Sequence record: DRR723986_3483
Length of the DNA stretch: 46,235 nt
Direction: 5' to 3' (one strand)
Shown here piece after piece: positions 19,681 to 29,602 of this stretch. The position numbers were made by a program, and so were the translations under genes. The number at the start of each line of letters is the position of its first letter. Position 1 is the first letter of the stretch. A model generated the notes under the pieces. The model was not told the DNA's origin. It ran no database searches and saw only the letters and a list, made by a program, of their open reading frames with translations.

Positions 19681-21192
19681 TTAGGGCAGTCCAATTGCTT
19701 TAGGATATTTATCCAGCTTTTCCACCAGGTTGTCAATTAAATCCTGATTATTTTCAGCTATGTTTTCAGTTTCGAGTGGATCAAGGGAATAATCATATAA
19801 TTCAAAAATAACTGGCATATCTGCATCCCGAAGATGAGTCCAGCGCACCATTCTGTATCGATCCGTACGAATTGCTTCTCCCAAGTAACCGCCTCGCATA
19901 TAGGCGTGATAGGCATGGTCTTTTTTCAGCATCTTTCCTTCTTTTAGCGTAGGACTTAAATCTATCCCATCGATGGGTTGGGGACCAATAGGCCTCGCTA
20001 GCCCAGCTAAAGACGCTAGCGTAGGAAATATATCCACAGTTTCTACAAACTGCTTGGAACTAGTTCCTGACCCTGTTACTCCAGGAACTCTGAAAATCAC
20101 AGGAATTCTATTCGCCTGCTCATAGTTGGTATGCTTGGTCCAAATTCCATGATCACCCAGATGCCACCCATGGTCTCCCCAAAGTACAACAATTGTATTC
20201 TCAGCCATCCCCAATCTTTCCAACTCACTGAGTACCTTCCCCACTTGAGCATCCATATAAGTTATACTGGCATAGTAGCCATGTACCAATTTTCTTTGAA
20301 GGTCTTTTTCATAAATATGCTGTTGGTTCGGAATGGGGAAAAATTGATTGATTTCCCCTCCCCTCTTCACTGCAAATTCAGGCGCATTTTGAGGGGATTT
20401 TTCAAACTCTGCCAAAGGCAATTCATCCGAATCGTACATATCCCAGTATTTCTTTGGTACACTGAATGGCAAATGCGGTCTAGCAAAACCCACTGCCAGA
20501 AAAAAGGGCTGCTCTGAATTCTTCAAATCCCTCAAGCGATCTATGGCATGTCTAGCTACCCTGCCATCTGCATATGCTTCGTCGTTCACATCTGGACTTT
20601 CCCATGCAGCACCCCGTGGCAATTCATGATTAGCAGGAGTATCTTCAATATACATTCTGGTGTTTTCAAAGAATGCTTCCTCCCGTGTCAACTGACCATT
20701 AGTACTATTGGGATCCAGGTATTCAATGACCTTTTCTTTCCAGTGTGGAACGGACCAGGATTCCTTATCATTTGTGTTTCCATGTCCAATATGAAACACC
20801 TTACCCATAGACTCAGCGTGATATCCTGCAGATTTAAAATATTGAGGCATAGTCACAGCATCAGGAATTACATCCCTGAATTCCTTACCAAAATCATACA
20901 ACCCCGTGCTTGTGGAACGTGATCCAAGGATCAAATTGTATCTACTGGATACGCAAACGGCCTGGTTGCAATAGGCCTGCTCCATGCGCATACCACTATT
21001 AGCTAGGGCATCAATATTGGGACTGATCGCTTGTGTGTCGCCAAAGGCTCCAAGATTTGGCTTCAGGTCATCTACCAGTATTAACAGAATATTAGGCTTG
21101 CTAGTCTGCTGAGCTGAGGCGGAAAACTCAACAAAGCATATCGTAACTAGTACTACCCAACAGGTACAGAATATATTTGAGGCGAACTTCAT
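19681..21192 (-). CDS. Cys-type formylglycine sulfatase (iduronate-2-sulfatase-like, probably S1_7)
   Basis: PNILLILVDDL, SPNIDALA, CVSSR catalytic motif, GKVFH, GFARPHLPF, WGDHGWHLGDHGIWTKH. Confidence 0.92.
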   Translation of the reverse strand: MKFASNIFCTCWVVLVTICFVEFSASAQQTSKPNILLILVDDLKPNLGAFGDTQAISPNIDALANSGMRMEQAYCNQAVCVSSRYNLILGSRSTSTGLYDFGKEFRDVIPDAVTMPQYFKSAGYHAESMGKVFHIGHGNTNDKESWSVPHWKEKVIEYLDPNSTNGQLTREEAFFENTRMYIEDTPANHELPRGAAWESPDVNDEAYADGRVARHAIDRLRDLKNSEQPFFLAVGFARPHLPFSVPKKYWDMYDSDELPLAEFEKSPQNAPEFAVKRGGEINQFFPIPNQQHIYEKDLQRKLVHGYYASITYMDAQVGKVLSELERLGMAENTIVVLWGDHGWHLGDHGIWTKHTNYEQANRIPVIFRVPGVTGSGTSSKQFVETVDIFPTLASLAGLARPIGPQPIDGIDLSPTLKEGKMLKKDHAYHAYMRGGYLGEAIRTDRYRMVRWTHLRDADMPVIFELYDYSLDPLETENIAENNQDLIDNLVEKLDKYPKAIGLP

Positions 21193-21361
21193 AGATCAAA
21201 CTATATATTTTATGTAGGAATATATTAAAAACAACCGTTCTGGTTAAACAGCTAACTTAAGCCCTACACAAAGAGAATAATAGCTCAAATCAGTCATTTT
21301 TACTGACTTATTAAGCGTTATTTAAAAGAAAGGTTCTCAACCTTTCTACAGAGTACAAAAT

Positions 21362-21396
21362 AAAAATTTCCCGATGCTCGAAAACTTCGGGAAATT
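21362..21396 (-). terminator. Intrinsic terminator downstream of the susD relic
   Basis: AATTTCCCGA / TCGGGAAATT inverted repeat, with a T-run following on the minus strand. Confidence 0.6.
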
Positions 21397-21428
21397 CATT
21401 AATCAATTGCAAATTTAACTATCGCTTT

Positions 21429-21810
21429 TTAGTAGCCGAGGTTTTGAATTAATTCCTTGTTTCTGTCAATTTCACTTTGTGGGATTGGATACCAGTAATT
21501 TTTGTTTTCCCAATCTGCTCTTGTATACACTACTGATCTTTGGTGAAATTCAGGAGACGATAATTCTTCTCCTAAATCTATATTCATTGTAGCCCTAGCA
21601 AAACTCCGGTTATCTCTATAATCGTTATTGGGGAGAATATTTTTTCTGGCAGTATAACCAGTGGAAGGATAATCCCTTGTGGCTCCCTGCTTTCCAGAAT
21701 TACCTGTGTAGAAAAATTCCACCACATACTCCATCCTGGGTTAGGAACTACAGGACAATAAGAGCCGTTGAACGTGACTTTTACGTAAAATCTAGGTTCA
21801 CAGCAAACAT
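21429..21810 (-). pseudogene. susD: susD relic: 5'-truncated, frameshifted and internally deleted
   Basis: EPRFYVKVTFNGS from 21799 in one frame; VEFFYTGNSG...TGYTARKN...YWYPIPQSEIDRNKELIQNLGY* in another; the RYAE and ERxxELAFE motifs that normally lie between are missing. Confidence 0.85.
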
Positions 21811-21863
21811 ACTTTTATAAGTCTAAATAAGTCACTTCCTATTTTAATATTTTATTCATTCAC

Positions 21864-23138
21864 CTAATTATTCTGGCTCCAAAGTTTAAGAATAGCCTCT
21901 TCTTGACTATAGCCAAATGGACACTTTTCGCTTTTAGCATTTGCTCTGTAGCTTCCTTGACTGCTGTTTGGGCCAGAGATCATTCTGTTTCCAGGCATCT
22001 GAAGATGGCCGTTTGCATCGACACTTTTGATCCATTTTTGCGCGTAGCGCAACCAATCATTTCTTTCCTGTTCGGATTGAAGAGAGAACCAGGTGATTTC
22101 ATCATAGCCCCAAACAAAATGGGAAGTGGTGTCAGCAACTCCAACCTCTTTCGATCTTCCATAATTATCAAATTCAACCAGATATGGTAAGCTTTCACTT
22201 TTCCAGCCAGAAGGGCTAACACCACCTAGACTTTTGTTATAAATCGCATCTAAATAGCCCTCCTCGAGTTCCCCTTTTAATGGACTGCCAACAATTTCCT
22301 TGATGCGTAGAGGAAAGGAATTAAAATCAATTAAACTGACACCATCTTTAAGTAAACCTCCGTAAGGGACGTGGGCATCCAAGATCACCCAACCTCTTCT
22401 AGAAGCACTTTTGGCTTTCTTTCTGATTCTATCTATGATTTCACTCCAATGCTCATGCTCTGGATCGTTCATTCCAATAAGTTCTACCTGGCCCAGATGA
22501 AATGCTTCCGCACCAATTTGCATATAAGAACCAGCCAAGTAATAAAACCATAATTTGGTCTCTAACCTGCTGATATCAGGCACACTTTTGCCATTTCCCC
22601 AATGATCAACAAAGACTCCTTTTTCATTGAGCATCGCCTGATAGGAAAAATTTCTATCAGTCGCAGGCAAACCAAATTCGGTAAGAACCCAAGCTGGGAT
22701 TGAAATTTCATTTACCTCCTCTGTGACGATTTCAAATAAACAACCTTGAATGACCATAGTAGAATCAAACTGATGAAGGTCTGCCGCAATAGAACGGGCA
22801 GTCTGCCAATATTCAGGGGAATTCAATACGAACTCCCCACCCCATCTATAAATAACTCTTCCAAGGAATTTGGCTCCTATCTCTTTGACCATTCGTATAT
22901 CATCTTCATGATATAAATATTCTCTACCACCTTCAGGTTTGTCCGGTGTTAACAGATAAACCATAGTGATAGCTCTATCCAGGTAATTTTCAAGAACAGT
23001 TTTGCTAATTCCTACAGAATCAAAATGATAGCTTTTGCTAGGGTTTTGTTGAGCATCTACCTTGTTTACTATCAGAAATAGTAAGGGTAATATGCATACA
23101 ACAAAGACTTCTCTTCGTACGCTACTTTCAAAATCCAT
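21864..23138 (-). CDS. Secreted hypothetical protein, possibly an unclassified glycosidase or lyase
   Basis: 424-aa ORF with a signal peptide, 4 nt after the upstream gene; Trp/Glu-rich motifs (GCLFEIV, EAFHLGQVE, YLVEFDNYG, WGYDEITWF). Confidence 0.6.
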   Translation of the reverse strand: MDFESSVRREVFVVCILPLLFLIVNKVDAQQNPSKSYHFDSVGISKTVLENYLDRAITMVYLLTPDKPEGGREYLYHEDDIRMVKEIGAKFLGRVIYRWGGEFVLNSPEYWQTARSIAADLHQFDSTMVIQGCLFEIVTEEVNEISIPAWVLTEFGLPATDRNFSYQAMLNEKGVFVDHWGNGKSVPDISRLETKLWFYYLAGSYMQIGAEAFHLGQVELIGMNDPEHEHWSEIIDRIRKKAKSASRRGWVILDAHVPYGGLLKDGVSLIDFNSFPLRIKEIVGSPLKGELEEGYLDAIYNKSLGGVSPSGWKSESLPYLVEFDNYGRSKEVGVADTTSHFVWGYDEITWFSLQSEQERNDWLRYAQKWIKSVDANGHLQMPGNRMISGPNSSQGSYRANAKSEKCPFGYSQEEAILKLWSQNN

Positions 23139-23142
23139 TATA

Positions 23143-23853
23143 TCAACTGATTAAGTTTCCGTTCTCATCCCATTGTGCAACTACACCACGCTCCTCAGGT
23201 TTTAAGTAAAGTGGGATGTATTGTTCCTCCAGCGTGAAGCCGTGTTTTTCCATCACTTCCTGCGGAACTCCATCCCAGACATTGGGCTTATTCCCTTTGT
23301 AATCCAGGTATTTCCATCCAGCTTCTGTAGAAAAATACCCGGAGCAGGTCAAGTTCCTCATCATATTAAACCAGCGAACTCCCCCCTCATATTCCGGTAA
23401 GGCAGTTTCCGGCCAAGCAACGAGATCTATTACCTGTATTACTTCATCTGGGCTAAGGTCCAGAAATACTTTTCCAAACTTCTCTTCAGATTCAAAATCC
23501 AACCACATCAATCCACCTCTCATTGGTGTTTGATGTGCTGGCTGATCCTTCATCATAAACTCAATGAAATCAGGCACTCCTATTTCCGTAGCTGCCGGAG
23601 AATCGGCATCCTTAGGCATAATGACATCCACCAGAATCCTAATCTTTTGCATCTCATTCTCAGTAAAAAACCGGTCAGTTAGCAAAACCTGGTCTCTGCG
23701 GATTTCCTCCTGTATCCTACCACCTCTGGTGCCTCCATCTAATAAAGGTTGATGTTTTACCTCAGTATTATCCGCTTCACAACTAGTCATGAACAGACCA
23801 GTTCCAATTGATCCTGTGAAAAGTAATTTTAGATTCTCCCTTCTGTTCATCAC
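23143..23853 (-). CDS. Gluconate 2-dehydrogenase subunit 3-like small subunit (Tat 'hitchhiker')
   Basis: NRRENLK twin-arginine signal; DVIMP..D.PAA...VPDFIEFM, RGGLMWLD, F..MRNLT.SGYFST..G..L.Y.GN. Confidence 0.88.
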   Translation of the reverse strand: MMNRRENLKLLFTGSIGTGLFMTSCEADNTEVKHQPLLDGGTRGGRIQEEIRRDQVLLTDRFFTENEMQKIRILVDVIMPKDADSPAATEIGVPDFIEFMMKDQPAHQTPMRGGLMWLDFESEEKFGKVFLDLSPDEVIQVIDLVAWPETALPEYEGGVRWFNMMRNLTCSGYFSTEAGWKYLDYKGNKPNVWDGVPQEVMEKHGFTLEEQYIPLYLKPEERGVVAQWDENGNLIS

Positions 23854-25596
23854 TTAAATGTTTTTCTTTTTCAACTGATCGACGATGTAATCTGAAGTTC
23901 TCCAACTCAGAGCCAAAATCGTCCAGGTTGGATTTTTGTCAGCCTGCGAAACAAAAGAACCGGCATCAACTACAAATAGATTATCACAATCGTGCGCCTG
24001 ACAATTAGAGTTAAGGACAGAAGTTTTGGGATTATTTCCCATTCTGGCTGTTCCCACTTCATGAATGATTCTACCCGGTGCCTCAAGTCCATAATTGGTT
24101 TCAGGGCCTTGCTTTTTGCCCAAAGGAATAGCTCCGGCATTTGTCAGAATTTCTTCAAAAGTGTCCTGCATATGCTTGGCCTGAAGTATCTCCTGATCAG
24201 TCCACTTATAATGAAAACGCAGCACAGGTATTCCATATTTATCGACTACGTCTGGATCAATCTCGCAGTAGTTTTCAAAGCGGGGAACACTCTCTCCACG
24301 ACCTGCCATACCAATCGAAGCCCCATAAAGTTGACGTACGTCTTTCTTCAGACCTTCACCATAACCTCCGTTTGGACTTGGTTTTCCAAATTCATCTATG
24401 ATATATTTTCTCATGGACTCCATTCCTGAACCAGCCCCATATCCCGGCTGTCCCATTCCTCCACCGTATTCAATATGGTAGCCTCGTGCAAAATCCAACT
24501 TCTTATTATCTCCCCACCAAGGCGTGTACATGTGCATTCCTCCTACACCATCTTCATTGTATCTTTCCCTTCCCATCAGGGATGGAACAATTCCGGAGCG
24601 ACTAGCTCCTGTAGAGTCATGCAGGTAATGTCCCAATACTCCTGAGCTGTTACCTATGCCGTCAGGATGGGATTTGGATTTTGAGTTTAGCATTATCCTG
24701 CTCGTCTCACAAGCTGAAGCACCAAGGACAACTACCCTTGATTTGAGTTTGTACTCTTTCATATCCTCTTTGCTGACGAAAGAGACTCCAGTTGCTTTTC
24801 CCTGATCATTCGTAGTTACTTTTCTGACCATCGAGTTGGTAAACAAATCCACCTTCCCTTTTTTCATGGCGGGATGAAGCAGACATGTTCCTGCCGAAAA
24901 ATCTGCATATACCTGACAGGCTCGGTTACATTGACTGCAGAAAAAACACACTCCCCGTTCATTATTTATAGGACGGGTGAGCATGGATAGCCGGGCTGGA
25001 ATCATAGGAACGTTTGCAGCAATGGCTCCTTTCTTAAGATATAACTCATGAAGTCTGGGCTTTGGAGGAGGTAGAAAAAAGCCATCCGGCTCATTATAGA
25101 TCCCTTCATTGGTGCCAAAAACTCCTATCAGCTTATCTACTTTATCGTAATAAGGCTTTACGTCTTCATAGCCAATAGGCCAATCATCACCCAAGCCATC
25201 AATGCTTGCCCTTTTGAAATCATTCGGACCAAATCGCAGGGAAATCCTACCCCAGTGGTTCGTGCGACCACCGACCATTCTGGATCTGAACCAGTCAAAT
25301 TGGGTTCCGTTCTTTCGGGTATAAGGTTCACCTTCAATATCCCAACCACCTATAGCGGCATCGAAATCACCGAACGGCCTTATTCTTGTGCTGGCTCCTC
25401 TTCTTGGTGACTCCCAAGGTGGCCGAAGCTGGGTACGATCAGCATCCTTTGCAGGGTCAAAATCTCCTCCTGCCTCTATCACAGCTACTGTCAGTCCCGC
25501 TTCCGAAAGCACCTTGGAAGCCATACCTCCTCCTGCTCCGGAACCAACAATGATGACATCATATGGTTCCCCGGATGTTTTAATCTGAAAACTCAT
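23854..25596 (-). CDS. GMC-family FAD oxidoreductase (glycoside 3-dehydrogenase-like large subunit)
   Basis: IVGSGAGGG, GGRTNHWGR, DWPIGY, Fe-S Cys cluster CFFCSQCNRAC, IHEVGTARMG, KNPTWTILAL; no signal peptide. Confidence 0.92.
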   Translation of the reverse strand: MSFQIKTSGEPYDVIIVGSGAGGGMASKVLSEAGLTVAVIEAGGDFDPAKDADRTQLRPPWESPRRGASTRIRPFGDFDAAIGGWDIEGEPYTRKNGTQFDWFRSRMVGGRTNHWGRISLRFGPNDFKRASIDGLGDDWPIGYEDVKPYYDKVDKLIGVFGTNEGIYNEPDGFFLPPPKPRLHELYLKKGAIAANVPMIPARLSMLTRPINNERGVCFFCSQCNRACQVYADFSAGTCLLHPAMKKGKVDLFTNSMVRKVTTNDQGKATGVSFVSKEDMKEYKLKSRVVVLGASACETSRIMLNSKSKSHPDGIGNSSGVLGHYLHDSTGASRSGIVPSLMGRERYNEDGVGGMHMYTPWWGDNKKLDFARGYHIEYGGGMGQPGYGAGSGMESMRKYIIDEFGKPSPNGGYGEGLKKDVRQLYGASIGMAGRGESVPRFENYCEIDPDVVDKYGIPVLRFHYKWTDQEILQAKHMQDTFEEILTNAGAIPLGKKQGPETNYGLEAPGRIIHEVGTARMGNNPKTSVLNSNCQAHDCDNLFVVDAGSFVSQADKNPTWTILALSWRTSDYIVDQLKKKNI

Positions 25597-25652
25597 GTAT
25601 TATTCTTGAATTGTATTGGTGATTAAACTCATTAGTAAAACTGAACTGCAGT

Positions 25653-26993
25653 TTATCTACTAGGCTGTGTGGCGGAAAATGTCCCTTCTCCTTTAACCCA
25701 CTTTCCCGCTTGTCCAGTTAGAAATAAATAATGATCTGTCTGCAATTCAGGGTCAATTCCTATGAATTTGCCATCTGCGTTCAAAGGAGTTGTACCCTCA
25801 TGCATTACCTTAAAAATGGCTGTCCCTTCATCAATTTCATCGAACATGGCTACGTACAAGGACTTTGCTCCGGACTTTATTGCGCCATTAATTTGCTGCC
25901 AAAAGAAGTTTCCTTTCAGTCTTGGAATAGCATTGTATACTGCTTCCTGATTCATATTTCCCCAGCTAAATCCAGGAAAAACAAGAGGAATATACTTCAC
26001 ATTATTCGAGTTGCACCACTGTAAATCAGACACTAATGTCTGGGAAGAAACCTCTCCATAGTTTGCGGAATTATATCTCCCTACGGCCCAAGGCATGATC
26101 ACATCAGATTTTTTGATCAGTTCATGTAGTTTGGGATTGTTCTCAGTATCATTCCCTAAGGATCTCCACCAATAAGGAACACCCAGCATTACGGAAACCC
26201 GGTTTTGAGTTCCTTTCAACTGATCTACAAGAATAGAAGCATCTTCTATTGAATACTTTCTGTTGTCATTAAAACCAACTCCCCAAACCGCTACCAGAGG
26301 CTTACCATTTTCTCTCAGATAAGTCGGATTTTCCTGATTGTCAAACAGCTTGTACTTATTGACCAATTCAAAATAGTCCTTCTCTACAAATTCCCTAACA
26401 TCCTCACCTGTAGCACCGCTGAGGTCATACATGATACAAACTGCCCTGCCGTATTTCTTGGCTGCTGCCAATGCATTCTCCAATACTTTGTCGAAATGTC
26501 GCTTCCCTGCCGGATTGGAGTCTTTTACTTCAGCGACAAAACGTTGAAGGTAAACTCCATCAATTCCGTAGTCCATCATCCACTTAAAGTGTAAATCCGT
26601 AGTCTCAGCATCATAAGAGCTAAAAAGATGCGCAGTTTCCCCATTTTCAAATTTGAAATCTGTTGGGTAAGTTTTAGCATATTCACTTACATCTGCCCAC
26701 ATATCTATGGTAGAACAACCAGGCTGAAACCCACATCCTGACTGGTAATGATACCAGCCACGATTAGAATCATCGCCTTCTGCGGCAAACCATCCCTGAT
26801 AACCAGCCATAACCAACCCATCGATATTGGTATACAATAACCCAGTCTCATCGTATTCTATTTCAGTAGTAGGTTTTGTGGGTGGATCAGGATCGGGGGT
26901 TGAATCAGGTTCAGTTGATTCTGAGCACCCGAAGGTGCTCAGGAGTATTATAGATAGCCAATAGGTCAAAAACATAGTGTTATAATTTTTCAT
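25653..26993 (-). CDS. GH71/GH99-like glycoside hydrolase lipoprotein
   Basis: Lipobox TFGC; GYQGWF, HFKWM..YGIDGV.LQRF, MYDLSG, PW.VGRY, PGFSW.N, YVAMFDEIDEGT (ExxE). Confidence 0.85.
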   Translation of the reverse strand: MKNYNTMFLTYWLSIILLSTFGCSESTEPDSTPDPDPPTKPTTEIEYDETGLLYTNIDGLVMAGYQGWFAAEGDDSNRGWYHYQSGCGFQPGCSTIDMWADVSEYAKTYPTDFKFENGETAHLFSSYDAETTDLHFKWMMDYGIDGVYLQRFVAEVKDSNPAGKRHFDKVLENALAAAKKYGRAVCIMYDLSGATGEDVREFVEKDYFELVNKYKLFDNQENPTYLRENGKPLVAVWGVGFNDNRKYSIEDASILVDQLKGTQNRVSVMLGVPYWWRSLGNDTENNPKLHELIKKSDVIMPWAVGRYNSANYGEVSSQTLVSDLQWCNSNNVKYIPLVFPGFSWGNMNQEAVYNAIPRLKGNFFWQQINGAIKSGAKSLYVAMFDEIDEGTAIFKVMHEGTTPLNADGKFIGIDPELQTDHYLFLTGQAGKWVKGEGTFSATQPSR

Positions 26994-26996
26994 TGC

Positions 26997-27692
26997 TTAA
27001 AGAGTAATTCGCTCCGCTGGTACATAGTTATATTTTGATTCAGCCGCATTGGCTATCGCTCCTATTCTGAAAAAGAAATCATCTGCTTTTCCAAAAATGG
27101 TACTGTTTGCCGCCACATCCATTTCAAGTGTAAAGACTTCATCCGGCAACACATCCCGATTGATATCATTTTCTACAGAAAAGGATTGAACAGGTTGGCC
27201 AACTACCGAATTCGGATGGGCAAAGAATCCGATCTTGCGAACATTACTCGCCCCGGTTTGCTCTATACTAAAGGTGGCAGTTACCTTACCATTGAGGTAG
27301 GAGATCTGAGGATTGATAATTCTCAGGTACGGAGTTACCATAAAATCCATGGTAGTACCTGATCCGATTTCCAAATCCTGGGCATCAACCGGATAAAAGT
27401 TTCCTCTTACCGGCTGGACAGTATAAGTATTTTCGAAAAGAAGCTTGTTCTCGAATGTGCCGTCATTTTTGACTACCAAGTATTGTAATCCCACCGGATC
27501 ATACCCGTGCTCCGCCAATTGAATAACCGTTCCATTGATCAAATCCTGCTCTACCAATGCACCTGTCTTAGCATCAATAAACTGCCCTGAAAAACTGGCG
27601 GTGGGAGCATCATAATTGTCCAGCTCACAGGAGAAAAGACCAACTGCAAATAGACAAAGGATATAGAATGAAGATTTCATATTCATATTCAT
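26997..27692 (-). CDS. DUF3823-type lipoprotein
   Basis: FSCELDNYDAP, DGTFENKLLF..TY...GNF, VTPY; follows susD. Confidence 0.8.
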   Translation of the reverse strand: MNMNMKSSFYILCLFAVGLFSCELDNYDAPTASFSGQFIDAKTGALVEQDLINGTVIQLAEHGYDPVGLQYLVVKNDGTFENKLLFENTYTVQPVRGNFYPVDAQDLEIGSGTTMDFMVTPYLRIINPQISYLNGKVTATFSIEQTGASNVRKIGFFAHPNSVVGQPVQSFSVENDINRDVLPDEVFTLEMDVAANSTIFGKADDFFFRIGAIANAAESKYNYVPAERITL

Positions 27693-27696
27693 AAGA

Positions 27697-29592
27697 TTAA
27701 TAAGATGGATTTTGAGTCAACCCATTCCCACCTATGCCTGGAATAGGTCTATAGTAGAATCTAGGTTGAAAATTCTGAGCTTCCATGGAAGGCACATTTT
27801 CCCGAACAAAAATGTAAACCGGATCAGCTTCCCGCAGGTCAAGGATCGGAAATAAGGAATGTCTTCTTCTGTTGGTGAATTCCTCTTCGTATTCCCTTCT
27901 TCGGATAAGGTCCCAGTATCGCTTGTTTTCAAAAGCCAATTCCACGGTTCTTTCACGCATCACATTTTCTAAAGTGAGCGGTACATCTACCGTATGTGCA
28001 GCTCTCTTACGGATGTCATTGATCCCTTTTTCTGCCAAAGCAGGATCACCTAAACCACTTTCAACTACTGCTTCGGCATAGTTAAGCAACACCTCAGCGT
28101 AGCGCATATCCATAAAATCTGAGGTACTTTGATTCCAGCCAGGAACCACAGCCTTATCTTCATTCAAGAATTTTTTGAATGAGAATCCAGTTCGGGTATT
28201 GTTGCCTCCATAGGTATCGAAACCTGAGTATTGGGATACATTCTCAGCTCCATAGGAATAATACATCCTACCATTGACTTCCACCTGATCTCTGGTTCGA
28301 ATCACAGGAGTGCCATCTGGTTTTATAAAACCTGCCTGAATTATTATTTCTCTATCCTTCCAGATCGAGCCCGGACCTAGTACAGTTGCATGAAATCTAG
28401 CGTCCCTGTTTGCAAACAATGCAGTTGGATCATTAAACTCGATGTAAGGCACAGATGGATTAAAACCATTGTAATCAGTCATTACCCCGTCAGATCGGGT
28501 CTGAAAAGGAGTGATTTCCCCTGGATTGTCATAGGTTTCATATAGCTCCACAAAATCCAATGTAGGGTTCATTCTTCCTGGGTGTGGCCATCCATTGGCA
28601 AGCTGTGCAGGTCCAAACCAGATATCGTAGTTATGTCCACGGTCATTGCCCGGTATTGCATAACCTTTGATAAAAATTGCTTCGATAGTTGCCACATTGG
28701 CATTCTGAAACATCCCTTGGATATTCCTTGCAGCTTCAGCTGGATTGGCCGGATTAGGCTGATACAAACCAAAAGCTCCGCTGTTTATAATTTCCTCAGA
28801 AGATTCTATCACTTTCTGATAAAATGAATTGGCATCACCTGTGTTCAGTCCAACTAATCCAGCATCAGCTGCATTTCCTGAAAGCGGAGCTTTATCAGAA
28901 AATTTGGCTATCGAAGCAGCGTGTAAGGATGCTCTTGATATTAGCGCAAGTGCGGCCCATTTGGTAGCCCTACGCTCTCCTCCAGACCATTGCTGAGGAA
29001 GTGTAGTACTCGCCATCTGCAAATCATTCAGCAGAAAATCCCAGGTTTCCTTCTCCGTTGATCTAGGCACTTTCAGCGACTCAATATCGCCAGTATAAGC
29101 CTGGGCTTCATCAATCAGCGGAACTCCCCCATATCTTTTGACTAAGCCGAAATAGGCATACCCACGGATAAATAATGCTTCTCCCAGTATCTGATTTCGA
29201 TCAGACTCAGTCACATCAATGTCAGGTATTATGGCAATTAATTGATTTACATCCCTGATCAATTTGTAGGCTGGTTCCCACCAGGCGATGTCTTCATTTC
29301 GAAAGAAATCTCCAAATTCAGAATGTACTGCCTCATCCGTAAGCATTGTTACAGCAAAGCCACCATTGTTGGGATCACCTCCGTTGATATTAAATCCATT
29401 TCGGAAGTAGGCAAAATCCTCTACCGGAAGTTGAGAATATAGATTTGCCATGTAAAGTCTCACTCCTTCAGGATCAGAGAAGAGTTGTTCCCCCTGAATC
29501 CTATCAAGTGGTTCTTTATCCAGCACGTTATTACAAGAACTCTGCACGAGCATTGTAATAAGTATAAGTATAGAATAATGTATCTTTTTCAT
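27697..29592 (-). CDS. susD: SusD/RagB lipoprotein (PUL2)
   Basis: Lipobox SSC; RATKWAALAL, RDARF, RYAEVLLNYAEA, ERTVELAFENKRYWDLIRR, QNPSY. Confidence 0.95.
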   Translation of the reverse strand: MKKIHYSILILITMLVQSSCNNVLDKEPLDRIQGEQLFSDPEGVRLYMANLYSQLPVEDFAYFRNGFNINGGDPNNGGFAVTMLTDEAVHSEFGDFFRNEDIAWWEPAYKLIRDVNQLIAIIPDIDVTESDRNQILGEALFIRGYAYFGLVKRYGGVPLIDEAQAYTGDIESLKVPRSTEKETWDFLLNDLQMASTTLPQQWSGGERRATKWAALALISRASLHAASIAKFSDKAPLSGNAADAGLVGLNTGDANSFYQKVIESSEEIINSGAFGLYQPNPANPAEAARNIQGMFQNANVATIEAIFIKGYAIPGNDRGHNYDIWFGPAQLANGWPHPGRMNPTLDFVELYETYDNPGEITPFQTRSDGVMTDYNGFNPSVPYIEFNDPTALFANRDARFHATVLGPGSIWKDREIIIQAGFIKPDGTPVIRTRDQVEVNGRMYYSYGAENVSQYSGFDTYGGNNTRTGFSFKKFLNEDKAVVPGWNQSTSDFMDMRYAEVLLNYAEAVVESGLGDPALAEKGINDIRKRAAHTVDVPLTLENVMRERTVELAFENKRYWDLIRRREYEEEFTNRRRHSLFPILDLREADPVYIFVRENVPSMEAQNFQPRFYYRPIPGIGGNGLTQNPSY

Positions 29593-29602
29593 GTAAGTAG
29601 AA

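Noticed and set aside
26870-26925. Pro/Asp/Thr repeat (PDSTPDPDPPTKPT) in the GH71/99-like gene
   Set aside because: Ordinary lipoprotein linker, not a DNA repeat system
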